DNA of 64,000 nucleotides from Nitrosopumilaceae archaeon. GTDB lineage: Archaea > Thermoproteota > Nitrososphaeria > Nitrososphaerales > Nitrosopumilaceae. The notes under the pieces are model-generated. The model had not been told where the DNA came from. It saw only the letters and a program-made list of their open reading frames with translations, and did no database searches. Made by a program: the position numbers and the translations under genes. This document shows positions 42,834-53,380 of this stretch, one piece after another. The stretch covers positions 1,408,001-1,472,000 of the forward strand of contig CBDCCK010000002.1 in assembly GCA_965214835.1 (NCBI GenBank). Direction: 5' to 3'. How positions within the stretch are numbered: the stretch's first letter is position 1; each line of letters begins with the position of its first letter.

Positions 42834-42954
42834 AAGTGGCTGCTGGGCTCCTGCCTGGGCCAATAATGGCAGGTTTTGAGCCGCCTCTGCCGTATCTGTA
42901 CAGCCAGGCAAGGGCTGGGCAATTTTGATATACAGCGTCTCTCCAACCGAATGC

Positions 42955-43194
42955 ATGGCAACAGCTTATGTTTTAATAAACTGTGAACTGGGCTCCGAGG
43001 AGGCAATCATCCAGCAGTTAAAGGGTCTTGAGGGCGTCAGGGAGGTTCATGGAACCTTTGGCGCATACGACATCCTGGCCAAAATCGAGTCCGATACGGT
43101 TGAAAAACTCCGAGAGACCATCACCTGGAAGATCAGAAAGATCGAAAAGATCCGCTCAACTCTGACCCTGATGGGCATCGAGGGCCAGACATAA
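42955..43194 (+). CDS. Lrp/AsnC ligand-binding domain protein
   Basis: AYVLINCELG, FGAYDILAKIE, IRSTLTL. Confidence 0.9.
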   Translation: MATAYVLINCELGSEEAIIQQLKGLEGVREVHGTFGAYDILAKIESDTVEKLRETITWKIRKIEKIRSTLTLMGIEGQT

Positions 43195-43213
43195 CCACCC
43201 CCTTTTTCTTGTC

Positions 43214-43780
43214 ATGCTGCACTTTATTTTTGTCATAAGGGAGGAGGAGCTAGAGGAGCGCCAGGCAGAATTCGAATACGTCAGGGAGATGGCCAAGTTC
43301 TTCCAGTCTTGGATCCGGGAAAAGTTCTCAAAAGATTTCAAAGTCCAATCCGACATCATGGTTACGCATCCCGGCGGCGTCCTCCGGCGCCTTGACACCC
43401 ACTCCCTAGTCGACGACCACCGCTCCCGCGGAGCGGACACGTACCACTTTTACCTTGCGCACTTTAGGCCCTTCTGGACCGACTGCACCTGCGAGGGGTA
43501 TCATGCCGAAAACTTTGGCATGGTCTGGTGGCAGAGGCCAAAGAGCGGCCAGGATCAGCTGTTCCTGGCAGAAAAGAACTGCACCGTCGTCTCACATGAA
43601 ATCGCACACGAGATGCTCCGGCAAAACGGAGTCAAAAAATTCGTCCCCGCAGTACACGACGTCTGGGTCAGGCACTTTTATGCCGGCCTAGCGTTTGAGC
43701 AATATGGCGCCGACTTTCGGCCCACCTCGGACAAGCCAAAATTCCTTACCATAGACACGGCAAGCCTCTTTGATGCGTGA
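43214..43780 (+). CDS. hypothetical protein with HExxH motif
   Basis: VSHEIAHE. Confidence 0.7.
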   Translation: MLHFIFVIREEELEERQAEFEYVREMAKFFQSWIREKFSKDFKVQSDIMVTHPGGVLRRLDTHSLVDDHRSRGADTYHFYLAHFRPFWTDCTCEGYHAENFGMVWWQRPKSGQDQLFLAEKNCTVVSHEIAHEMLRQNGVKKFVPAVHDVWVRHFYAGLAFEQYGADFRPTSDKPKFLTIDTASLFDA

Positions 43781-43818
43781 CTATTTTCAAGAAAACAATC
43801 CGATCCACGTCCGGCGGC

Positions 43819-44565
43819 CTAGATCAGAAACTCTGCGGCGTTTCTGCCGTCGTCTGTGATGCTTATCCACCTGTTCCTCCCTATCTTTTCGGTCCTGATG
43901 AACCCCCACGTCTCCTCAAGGGGCTGGATGATGTTTTTGTCAAGGCTTGCAAACCTTGCCATCGAGTGGTTGCCCTCCCTAGCATTGACCTTTATCAGCC
44001 CCTTCTCCTCGGATATCCTGGCCATCTCCTTTTTTGTCAGCCTGCCCCCGCGCTCCCCTATGATCCCCAGTGCCGCAACCAGCCTTGGATCCGGAGTCCG
44101 GATCGAGTACGGGGGGACGTCGTGGATCTCCTTGATTCCGGTAGAGACGGGCTGTATCTCGTCAAATCCGGGATAGTGCTCGGCCTCTGCATAAAACGGA
44201 TGTATGCTGGAGCCGTCGTTGAACATCATGCATGCCATCATGGTTCCGATGGCCTGGATCTTGCTGCCAGATGCCAGGTTCACATAGACATCGTTTCCCT
44301 CCTCCCGTCCCAGGATGGTCTTGACTGCGCGGATGATCTTGAACAGGTCACGCCTGTCGTGGGATTCGGTAACCACCTCGACCCCCGACTTTTCAAGCCG
44401 TCTTGTGATCTTTGAGACAAAGGGTATTGCCTTGTCGTCACTCTTGTTGTCGTGCACCATCAGCCACACCCTGTCGGCCTTTTCCTGTATGGCAGGCAGG
44501 ACGACCCTGTCGACCTCGTATCCCACCGGCGCAACATGCACGCGAAGTCTTGCAATCCTGGTCAT
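43819..44565 (-). CDS. DUF6293/HFX_2341-like CARF-type regulator with wHTH
   Basis: VHVAPVGYEVDRV, YVNLASGSK, C-terminal GRNRWISITDDG. Confidence 0.8.
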   Translation of the reverse strand: MTRIARLRVHVAPVGYEVDRVVLPAIQEKADRVWLMVHDNKSDDKAIPFVSKITRRLEKSGVEVVTESHDRRDLFKIIRAVKTILGREEGNDVYVNLASGSKIQAIGTMMACMMFNDGSSIHPFYAEAEHYPGFDEIQPVSTGIKEIHDVPPYSIRTPDPRLVAALGIIGERGGRLTKKEMARISEEKGLIKVNAREGNHSMARFASLDKNIIQPLEETWGFIRTEKIGRNRWISITDDGRNAAEFLI

Positions 44566-44630
44566 AATAGTATCCCAAGTATGCATACTATTGACATGTT
44601 ATATAATAATTTCTAAATCTGCGTTGATCC

Positions 44631-45053
44631 ATGAAGATACAGGTACAAAGGGTAGCGCTTGACTCGTGCGTGGTAATTGACCTGATTGAAAAGCCGGGCA
44701 TCGCCTCGGCGCTCAGGGCCCGCCTCAGGGGCAAGTCACTAGAGGTGGTTCTATGCGATATCGTGCTGCGGGAGGTCCAAAGGGTCAGGGGACTGTCCCC
44801 AAAGACGGTAGTCAGGAGGATTTCTAAAATCCTTGGAAGAAAAATCGAGCTGGCAAAGGCCAGCGAGCAGAACAAAGCCACTGCACGCGAGGTTACCTGC
44901 CAGTTTCAAGCCTGCCACAACGGGGACAATGAGATCCTCAGCCTGTGCCAGGCACGGGACTTTGTCCTGGTGACGTTTGACAGGATGCTTCTCAGGACAT
45001 GCCAGTTTCTCGGCGTCGCCGCATTTCATCCGTCAGAGGCGGGGGGCATATGA
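44631..45053 (+). CDS. PIN domain protein
   Basis: VALDSCVVID, VLRE, GDNEIL, LVTFDR. Confidence 0.8.
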   Translation: MKIQVQRVALDSCVVIDLIEKPGIASALRARLRGKSLEVVLCDIVLREVQRVRGLSPKTVVRRISKILGRKIELAKASEQNKATAREVTCQFQACHNGDNEILSLCQARDFVLVTFDRMLLRTCQFLGVAAFHPSEAGGI

Positions 45054-45156
45054 CGATGAGCCAGATGTATCCCAGGATTATAAGGGAGTTTGAGGATGAT
45101 GACGAGCCGATGGTGTACGGGGGCCGTTAGGATGAGGGCCGCCAGAGACATCCAGA

Positions 45157-45593
45157 TGTCTTTTGCAAAGACTGTACATGGCCGCAGTCCGGGGCCCAAG
45201 GCTGGAGTGCAGCAGCCATCATCGGCGGGGATGGCGGGGCCTACGCCCGCCAATGGCACGGAACAGACGGACTCGCACAAAAAGAGCCTGTCTGAGGCGC
45301 TTGTCAACTCGTTTGGGGGATACCCGATAGGATACGGCATAGGCATTGTAATCCTGCCAATGTCCATGGGGTGGATCCGGGAGGATCCGCTGACTGCCAA
45401 CCTGGCCATAACCCTAGTCTATGCCTCAGTCTCCTTTGCAAGAAGCTACCTTCTGAGAAGGGTTTTCGAAAGGCTGGGAATCGATGACAACTTTATACGG
45501 ATGGGCATAAAGCTGGGCTGCAAAATAAGGTCAGGCTTTGGAAGCCGACGATCCCCCCTTTGTGGACATGCCGGAGGTGCTGGAAGTGATTAG
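45157..45593 (+). CDS. small membrane protein
   Basis: SLSEALVN..GY, two TMs, RSYLLRRVFE; start uncertain. Confidence 0.6.
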
Positions 45594-45789
45594 GGCCCGC
45601 AGGCTGTTCCTGGTACCCGTCATGGCAATACTGTTCACGTCATGGATACCGTTTGTAGGGATACCTGCATGCATAACCCTGATTATGTGGTGGTATGTAC
45701 GTAACCAGGCCGACATACACAGCTATTTCCTGGGGAAAAACTATAGAAAGAAGGAGATGAGCAAGGAGGAGACAGAAAAATGGCGGTAA
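45568..45789 (+). CDS. small membrane protein
   Basis: Two hydrophobic segments; overlaps the upstream stop. Confidence 0.5.
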   Translation: MPEVLEVIRARRLFLVPVMAILFTSWIPFVGIPACITLIMWWYVRNQADIHSYFLGKNYRKKEMSKEETEKWR

Positions 45790-45843
45790 GGCCCCTCATG
45801 CCAGCCGGACGGCAGGCAGCGGAAGAATGCCACCAAATCAATG

Positions 45844-46399
45844 GTACGAGTCACCTGCCCCTGTCATTCAGGCACGAACTGGCATGTATGACTGTGGTTT
45901 TCATGCCTGGCCAGCAGGAGGACGTGACATCGTACAATCAATAGACCTTATGCGTAATCGGTTCAGAACTAGGATTATTACGAACAAATTCATCGTACGA
46001 GGGGGGTTGTCGCCTAATTCATCAGAATTCCTGAAAACCATTGAGTTGCTATATTGATCAGGCGTGTAAAAGGGCGAAAATTCAGAAAAACGTGCAGGTT
46101 GAGTCAAATAAGTGGAATTAGGCGACAGCCCCGCTCTGATCGGTTGATGGGCATAATTTACAACTATAGTGACGATTGAAAGTCTTTGATCACCAAAAAA
46201 TGCATTCCTGCGTAATTCATGCCCATATGTGCTCAAAAACTTTTAATTGTCACTATAGATTTTGCGAGGCCGCGTCCCCTTGCCGGCCAGGCATGAAAAT
46301 CACAACTACACGTAATTTAGGCCTTGTGCGTATGTGCCAAAAAAACGACGTAAAAGCTGCCTGGTTTTTTTGATCTGAACCGACTACGCATAAGGTTTA
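45844..46399. mobile_element. nested MITE cluster (A 45844-45935; B ends at 45944 and 46397; C 46003-46132; D 46165-46257; partial A about 46262-46312)
   Basis: Each piece matches dispersed copies elsewhere in the window. Confidence 0.8.
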
Positions 46400-49300
46400 T
46401 TCTATTCCGGAAATTTTTTGCCAAATTTGCTTGTATTCATTGCCTGACAAAATAGAATTCTCAGGCAAAACCGAGTTCCATTTTCTGTCATCTAGTCCCT
46501 TAATCCATGTCATTACTTCCGAAGGAATAGAGTTTTGATAGTCTGATTTTTCATCTTTGTAAATTGAACCCATTTTTTTAGAAAGGCTTCGCGGTACGTT
46601 GTTTAGCCTCATCAAGATTGCGTCATCTGAATCAACTCCGTAGAAAATCATCGAAGGCAAGTTAGCGAGTTGTCGCTGTTCTTCCGGACTATGATCATAC
46701 GATATTCCCGAAGTTGGCAACTTTTGAATTGCAGACAATCCCCACGTTGCGGCGCTCGTAACTTTGCTGTAGATTGCCCTGACACAGTCACTAATTGAAT
46801 CAGTGTCTGTGCCTCCAAAATATGTTTGGGCAATTTCAAATAGGCTTTTTCCAGAAACCCAGTCAGATATTATCCCGCTGAGCGACTCGCGTGTAAGTCT
46901 TTTTCCTGATGCTTTGATGTCAGATAATTGCTTTCTTGTTTCAGGAATATCATTTAACATGATTCCAGTTAAGTTAGACAAGACCTGAGAATCCCTAGAG
47001 AACAGTTTGCTGCCAGCCCATTCGGATGATTCAATACCAAGTTGATTTACCTTGGAGATTGTCCTCTCAATTGTTTCAGGAGCAAACCCTGTCATATCAG
47101 ATAAGGTTGTAAGCTCTTTTCTGTCATCTAGCCTTTCAGCATAGTCTTTTACCGCATCAATTAGTTCAGCTTTTACCTGCGATGACAGTTGAGAGAATCC
47201 ATAGGTTCTCTCCAAGTTGATGTTGATTTCTGCAATAAAGTTTTGTAGATTTCCAGATTGCTTGTACATGTGTGCAATGTATTGCAAAAACGACGACCAC
47301 TCAGGTTCGTTTGCATGTGCAATTAGATTTAGCCTGTCTCCTTGATTTTTTACAGCATCAACCATCTTTTTGAGAACAGAGACCAGCTCTTCGGTCTGTC
47401 TTTGAACGTATTCGGCCGCATTTGCTGCTTTCTCAGAGTCCTTTTTGCCGACTGCTATGCCAATAAGGCCTACTGAGCGCTGGTCAATTCTTCCTGCCCT
47501 GCCTATAAGATTCCAAAAGTCAATAGAGGACATTGCTCCGTATGGATGGGAATAGCTGTTAAGCAGAATTGCGTTTACTGGGAAGTTAATTCCCTGAGCA
47601 ATGGTGGTAGTAGACACTAGAATCTTTAGCGATTCGGTCTCCATTAGCCACTCTAACAGCTCCTTGATGTCGTCTGGAAGCCCTGAATTGTGAATTCCAA
47701 TCCCTTTTCTGACATAATCCACTAGGGGAAAGGACTCTCCGAGTTCTGCTGCAATGTATCTTGATACAAGATCCAGATTAGGGTCATCAGTAATTTCTGG
47801 AAGAATGTCTGCCAGCTTTTCTGCAATACGCCACGTCTGACGGATGGTGTATCCAATTACAAGAATGTTATGTGCTTTGTAGAGCTGCGATGCAACAAGG
47901 GAGGTCAAGTTTTGAAGAGTGGCAACTTTTGTCAAACTGAATTTTTTGCTTGTTGACTTGCCAATCTCAATTTCGTTCTCTAGCATCAGGGTGGGGCTGT
48001 AGGTCATCAGTGGCTTGAAGTATGTCGTAAGATCATTTCTACTCCCATCTGCATAATACATTCCAACAACTTTGTCATTTGGCTGCCACCACTCAAGTTC
48101 CATGCTGATTGACTGTGGATTCATAGGATCAAGCCAGCCTGCAACTTCCTGATGATTCTTTACAAATGGAGTCATCAAAAGCATGTGGGATTTTTCACAA
48201 TCATTCTGAATGTTTGAGATTAGCATTTCAAGATTTAACCCGCGATTTGGATCAGAGAGGTTGTGCGCCTCATCAATAATTGTGAGGACTAGACTCCTTG
48301 CAAGGTCTTTTTTGTCTGGATGGCGTACAAGCAAGTTGAGTTTCTCAGGGGTTGTGACTAGAATATCAAAAGAGTTTGAATTAAGAACATTCTCTTCAAA
48401 TGCATCAATCTCTAGTGCGCCGCTCATCTTTTCAACCTTGATGCCCAAAGGCTCTGGCCCCAAGTCACGTCTTAGCCTGGAGGCAATCTGGTTGACGAGC
48501 GCCCGTGTAGGCACAACGTATGCAATCTTGCCGCCGATCTCAGAGAATTGGTTTAGTGCCTGCAGGATTCTAAATTCGGCAATTATTGTCTTGCCGCTTG
48601 AGGTTGGAAGGTTTACAACTATTGCCTTTAGGGCAGGATCTAAGAGTCGCTGTTCTAAAATTGCAACCCTTTGTGGGTATAGCAGCTCATATACGGGTCG
48701 CTTGTTTCCTACATCTTGAGTAACCAGTTGGATGAATTTTGTTGCCTTGGAATTAATCTGTCCTGAAATATTCCAGATGGAGTTTTCAATCATTTTAGAA
48801 AAGGCAGTCTTTAGCATCCTTAGGAGAAGATCCAGCTCAAAGATACTGGCATTCTGACAGTATCCAATCGCAGTATCAAAATGATAGTTCAGCCTGCTTC
48901 TAAGATCTCGCGTAGAGCCACCATTAATCATGTATTGGCCCATCAGATCTACTGTCTTTGCCAAGTGATAGTATGCGGCAAGCTCTAATGCAGCTGATTG
49001 CTTGTATTCATTGCCAACTTGTCCTAGGAATCTTTCTTCGTATTCTTTTTGGTCTTCTCGAAGTTTGGCGATGTATTTGGCTGTCTGTGACAAGTCCTCC
49101 CAGGATTCTTTTCGGATCAAATGGATAATTGCTTTGTAGATGTCAGACAGAACTTTGAAATCCCACGGAATGTCTTTATCAGTATTGAGTTCTAAAACAT
49201 CCTTGCTTTCAAGCAGGAATCTCTTCATGTCCTCCCACTTTTCGCCAAGATAAGAATAGGAGAATAATTTTAGAACATGTTTGATTTTGTCTGCAGGTTC

Positions 49301-49582
49301 AGAAGGAACAGGGATTACCTGTAGTAGGTTAAAACAATCATTGCAAATTTTATGAAAGTCCTGTTTTTGTTTTAGATGTTCTCTGTCAAAGGAATATCTC
49401 CACAAATCAACTATGACAAACTCAAAAGCGTCGATTACTTGCTGAATCTCCTCGTAATCCTTTTGGGAAAAAGTTTTGTCATGTTCAAGATACTTGTGAA
49501 TCTTTATGCTGTTGACAGTTTCAAGCACCTTATCATACAATTCACCATCGATTGCCTCTAGAATTGGATGGCTAATTCTCAA
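46397..49582 (-). CDS. hamB: Hachiman HamB-like DEAD/DEAH helicase
   Basis: PTSSGKT, VPTRAL, TPEK, IDEAH, TTTIAQGINFP, GRAGR; helical N-terminal domain. Confidence 0.85.
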   Translation of the reverse strand: MRISHPILEAIDGELYDKVLETVNSIKIHKYLEHDKTFSQKDYEEIQQVIDAFEFVIVDLWRYSFDREHLKQKQDFHKICNDCFNLLQVIPVPSEPADKIKHVLKLFSYSYLGEKWEDMKRFLLESKDVLELNTDKDIPWDFKVLSDIYKAIIHLIRKESWEDLSQTAKYIAKLREDQKEYEERFLGQVGNEYKQSAALELAAYYHLAKTVDLMGQYMINGGSTRDLRSRLNYHFDTAIGYCQNASIFELDLLLRMLKTAFSKMIENSIWNISGQINSKATKFIQLVTQDVGNKRPVYELLYPQRVAILEQRLLDPALKAIVVNLPTSSGKTIIAEFRILQALNQFSEIGGKIAYVVPTRALVNQIASRLRRDLGPEPLGIKVEKMSGALEIDAFEENVLNSNSFDILVTTPEKLNLLVRHPDKKDLARSLVLTIIDEAHNLSDPNRGLNLEMLISNIQNDCEKSHMLLMTPFVKNHQEVAGWLDPMNPQSISMELEWWQPNDKVVGMYYADGSRNDLTTYFKPLMTYSPTLMLENEIEIGKSTSKKFSLTKVATLQNLTSLVASQLYKAHNILVIGYTIRQTWRIAEKLADILPEITDDPNLDLVSRYIAAELGESFPLVDYVRKGIGIHNSGLPDDIKELLEWLMETESLKILVSTTTIAQGINFPVNAILLNSYSHPYGAMSSIDFWNLIGRAGRIDQRSVGLIGIAVGKKDSEKAANAAEYVQRQTEELVSVLKKMVDAVKNQGDRLNLIAHANEPEWSSFLQYIAHMYKQSGNLQNFIAEININLERTYGFSQLSSQVKAELIDAVKDYAERLDDRKELTTLSDMTGFAPETIERTISKVNQLGIESSEWAGSKLFSRDSQVLSNLTGIMLNDIPETRKQLSDIKASGKRLTRESLSGIISDWVSGKSLFEIAQTYFGGTDTDSISDCVRAIYSKVTSAATWGLSAIQKLPTSGISYDHSPEEQRQLANLPSMIFYGVDSDDAILMRLNNVPRSLSKKMGSIYKDEKSDYQNSIPSEVMTWIKGLDDRKWNSVLPENSILSGNEYKQIWQKISGIE

Positions 49583-50364
49583 CTTGGGCCTCCCATGGTC
49601 TTGGCATAGTCTGGTTTCAAAATAGGAAGGTATAATGAAAGCAATTCAAGGTATACTGCATCATTCATATTTAATACAACTTTTTCGTAGACGCCCTTTA
49701 GATCTTTATCATCAGGTCCAGTCCCACGAATCATCACTCCAAAAATTTTGTACTCACTGTGTCTATAATGCGCAATGAATGCAGCTCTCCAAGATCTTAC
49801 ATGCCCATGATCTGGGCCCAACGGCTCCACTTTGTGTCCAAGCCACAAAATCAGCTCCTTGCGTTTTTTCTGACTAGTCTTGATTTCGTCTAACTGATTT
49901 AGCAGTCCATCTTTTCCTGCAACGACACTTGGCGGAGACGTCTTTTGATCAGAAGTCTTTACCTCTCCAAACAAAAACAAAGCCTTATCGTCAACATTGA
50001 AAAATCCCACCATGTCAGTTCCAGGCAAATTTGAGCTAGAATCTTTTGCGTCTCTGCTGTCATTGTATGGAAAAACAGAATCGCAATAGTCCTCTAAAAA
50101 ACATTCAGAAATTTTTTCGCCAATTTTCCAGTCCAAGGGAATTTCACCACTAGTAAATGCAGATTTTATCAGTTCAGGATCAAATCCAGTTTGAGAGACA
50201 TCTTCAAACAATTTCTGAAGATTCAAGGAACCTGCTGCATCAAAGAATTTTCTGTTTACCCTGTTTTTTAGATAGTCACCAAACTCTGGATTTTTTAGAA
50301 CTAATCCACGATACTGTCTTCGTCCGTCTTGATACTCATAGGCAGTTCTCTCTATCAGTGGCAT
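49579..50364 (-). CDS. hamA: Hachiman HamA-like nuclease
   Basis: IGEKISE, PGTDMVG, LFGEVKTS; TTGA overlap with the helicase. Confidence 0.75.
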   Translation of the reverse strand: MPLIERTAYEYQDGRRQYRGLVLKNPEFGDYLKNRVNRKFFDAAGSLNLQKLFEDVSQTGFDPELIKSAFTSGEIPLDWKIGEKISECFLEDYCDSVFPYNDSRDAKDSSSNLPGTDMVGFFNVDDKALFLFGEVKTSDQKTSPPSVVAGKDGLLNQLDEIKTSQKKRKELILWLGHKVEPLGPDHGHVRSWRAAFIAHYRHSEYKIFGVMIRGTGPDDKDLKGVYEKVVLNMNDAVYLELLSLYLPILKPDYAKTMGGPS

Positions 50365-50430
50365 TAGTCAATTGTGGGATTTTTTGTTTACATAAAGTAT
50401 GAGGTTGCCTCGCTTTACAATAGACGGAAC

Positions 50431-50523
50431 GTACGAGGTCACCTACCCCTGCCAATCAGGCACGAGTTGGCACCTATGACTATGATTTTCACGCCTAGCC
50501 GGCAGGGGGACGTGACCCCGTAC
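50431..50523. mobile_element. MITE family A
   Basis: GTACGAGGTCAC...GTGACCCCGTAC; no TSD. Confidence 0.75.
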
Positions 50524-50555
50524 GCGCCTTTTATTAGATCGGCCCTTGCAGTCCG

Positions 50556-50723
50556 ATGAGAATCAAGATACCGCTGTCCTGCCCGGAGTGCAACGGAAGG
50601 ATGTATGCCGTATGCTACGAGCCTGCAATACGCCTGCTGGAGCACCGCTCGTGGCAGTACTGCAGGGAGTGTGGATTCGTACGGGACATCAAGGACTTTA
50701 AGAAACAGATGCTCTGTGCCTGA
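50556..50723 (+). CDS. 55-aa zinc-ribbon protein (not in ORF track)
   Basis: MRIKIPLSCPECNGRMY...YCRECGFVRD; TTTTATTA about 25 nt upstream. Confidence 0.7.
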   Translation: MRIKIPLSCPECNGRMYAVCYEPAIRLLEHRSWQYCRECGFVRDIKDFKKQMLCA

Positions 50724-50983
50724 GGCCTTCCTCCGGCACCTTTTGCAGCCCCGCAACCGAGTTTTGCGCGATGCGGCCCGTCTGCCTCGAAAGACCCGTG
50801 CGCGACACAAGCACGTGCCGTCTTGGCTGAGGATGTGAGCCCAAAAAGCCCCGCCTGATCCGGGCCGAGCCCGGCTGCGGGATTATAATCGGAATCGCTG
50901 TACGCAAGAATGCGTCTTTTGACGATCAAAGACTTTCAATCTCCACTAGAAATCATCTACTCGTGAAAATTGGCCTGAATGAT

Positions 50984-51496
50984 TTAGCAAGAACTTCTTC
51001 GAGCTATTTCATCAATGATTGTTTTTAGCATTAATCTAAGATCGCTGTCTTCTGAATAATCTTTTGAATACATCCCGTAATTAGTCCGTCTTCCTCTTGC
51101 AAGTTCATATGTTTTCTTTGATGTGTCCTTTGATGTGTCCATTATTCCAATGCAGTGTCCTCCATTACTTCGTACTGCAGAAAAACATGGAATGTCGCTA
51201 GGCCCGTCCCCCATGTAGATCATGTTTCCAAACGGTATTCTTCTTTGCTCGTTCTTTACTGCATCATTTACCAAGTACGGATATTTGCGCAGATTTTCCT
51301 TGTCTACTCCTTTGTTGATCGCATAAAGATATTTTGTCTTTTCTGTAAATGTAACTGTTGATTGTATTGCATCATATTTTCCAGTTTTAGGATCCACATG
51401 ATACTTTGATGCAAAAACATCTTTGAACTGTCTTGCAAACGAACAGTTTTCTACAAGATCTTCTATTCCTGCTGAAATTATATATCCCTCAACATT
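50984..51496 (-). pseudogene. HAD-like hydrolase, 5' half lost at an IS boundary
   Basis: YIISAGIE, FTEKTKYL.AINKG, NMIYMGDGPSDIPCF. Confidence 0.8.
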
Positions 51497-53211
51497 AGAC
51501 CTTATGCGTAAACGAAATTAGCGGCGATGCCCCCGGCGCACGGGCTACAAATGAGGCAAGTCAGGGCCGGCGCACGCGCGACTGTACCTTACAACGTTGA
51601 AAATATTTGATCAAAACCACAACTATTTTCAGACGATTGATTTAGATCCGGGATCCATTCTCGCATAAGAGTAATGGCAAAGTCCGAGACCGAGCAGATA
51701 CGACTGCTGAAGAAGAGAATCGAGCAGTACGAGAAGGAGAAGGTACAGGACAGGAAGGAGAAGGCGCGGGACAAAAAGAAGATCAAGAAGTATGAGAAGA
51801 GGATCAAGAGGCACGAGAAGAAGAGCAGGCAGGACAGGAAGGAGAAGGCGCGGGACAGGACGGAGAGGATGCAGTACAGGAAGGAGATCAGAGAGTACGA
51901 GAAGAAGAGCAGGCAGGACGGCAGGAGGCAGGAGCGGGATCAGGAGAGGATAGGGCAGCTGGAACAGCAGCTGGACGCCGAGCGCCGGATGTGGCCCGCA
52001 ACCTGGGATGACGACAGGCGCTCCGCGGACAACGCCGCCCTCATGCACAGGCTCGAGGTGCTCGATGACATAATCGGTGGCGGGTCCCTGCAGCCCACCA
52101 CGTCGATGAACCTCCGCCAGTTTGACTACATATATGACCGGTTTACGAAGCTTGCCAAAAAGCACACAGAAGGCCCCCTGTTCTCAGAAGACGAGGACAA
52201 CTTGCCCGGAAACCGGTGCAAGCTGTCCTACCGCCACGCCCTGCTGATGTCGCTGATGCGCAAGTACGGAAACCCGACACAGGAGCAGCTTGCGGCATTC
52301 TTTGGCATAGACCAGAGCACCATATGCAGGTACCTCAAGTATTGCGACATGATATTCACCAAGATACTGCCCACGCCGGACGCCGTATCGCGAAAGATAC
52401 GAAACGCCCGCACGATCGAGGGGCTCAGGTAGATCGTCCCGGATCTGACTGTGATTGTAGACGGCACGCACATCAACATACAGCGCCCCACAGACGGGGA
52501 GCCGAGAAAGGGGGCGTACTCGGGCAAAAAGAAGGACTTTACGCGCAACACCCAGATGATGGCCGACAGTGAGGGACTGTCAATACATGCAAGTCGGCGC
52601 CCGGAAGCACGCACGATCTTACCATGATAGGGGACAACCCCCCGGATCTGGGAGTCCTGACTGCCAGGATGCGTAGCAACAGAAAACACCCCGAGGACGA
52701 GAAGGTAAAGCTGTTCTCGGACTTGGGATACGTGGGAATCAAGAAGATATACCCCGGGGTCATATCCATGCAGCCCAACAAGAAGCCAAGGAAAGGCAAG
52801 CTTACAAAGAAACAGAAGGCGCAGAGCAGGAGGATAAGTAGCAAGAGGGTTACAGTCGAACACGCCATAGGACGGATAAAGCAGTACAAGCGGATGCGTG
52901 ATCCGTACGACGGGATCGCTGAGGAGTTCGACAGGGAGTTCTAGGTGACAGCCGGGCTTGCCAACTTTAGGCTGTTGTGGGACAAGCGGAACAAGAAGCT
53001 CATACATGGGTTCTGATACCACGATATGGAGCGCATTGCGGCGCCACACGATGCCGCACTATACTACGGTTTTTGCCAGCTGGAATGATCCGTAAATATA
53101 TGATATGCGGACTCTGCCGCCCCTGTACACGTCATGTGATGCTGTCAGCCTTGCATGTGTGGTAGGTCTGCCGTCGGAATATTTCGATCCGGTCGATTAC
53201 GCATAAGGTCT
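51497..53211 (+). mobile_element. IS5/ISL2-like (DDE_Tnp_4) element
   Basis: TIR AGACCTTATGCGTAA at both ends. Confidence 0.85.
51674..53016 (+). pseudogene. DDE_Tnp_4-type transposase with Lys/Glu-rich N-terminus; two TAG stops and a frameshift
   Basis: LAAFFGIDQSTICR, IVDGTH, YSGKKK, DLGYVG, RVTVEHAIGRIK. Confidence 0.85.
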
Positions 53212-53380
53212 CCTGTAGGAAGACACCGGCAATGGTGCGACATAATTTTCATATAGTATACTAATCTCGTGGCGGGGCAGTAATTAAAATAATTGCCCCA
53301 TCCGTAAGGCGGGCCTGATACTGATGTCATCACGGCCAGCGCACCCGCCGGCTCCTGTGCAGGCAGTACGTCACAAGGCC

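Noticed and set aside
52430-52944. Pyrrolysine/TAG readthrough in the IS5-like transposase
   Set aside because: A frameshift is also present, other genes use TAG as a normal stop, and no pyl genes are seen; decay is simpler.
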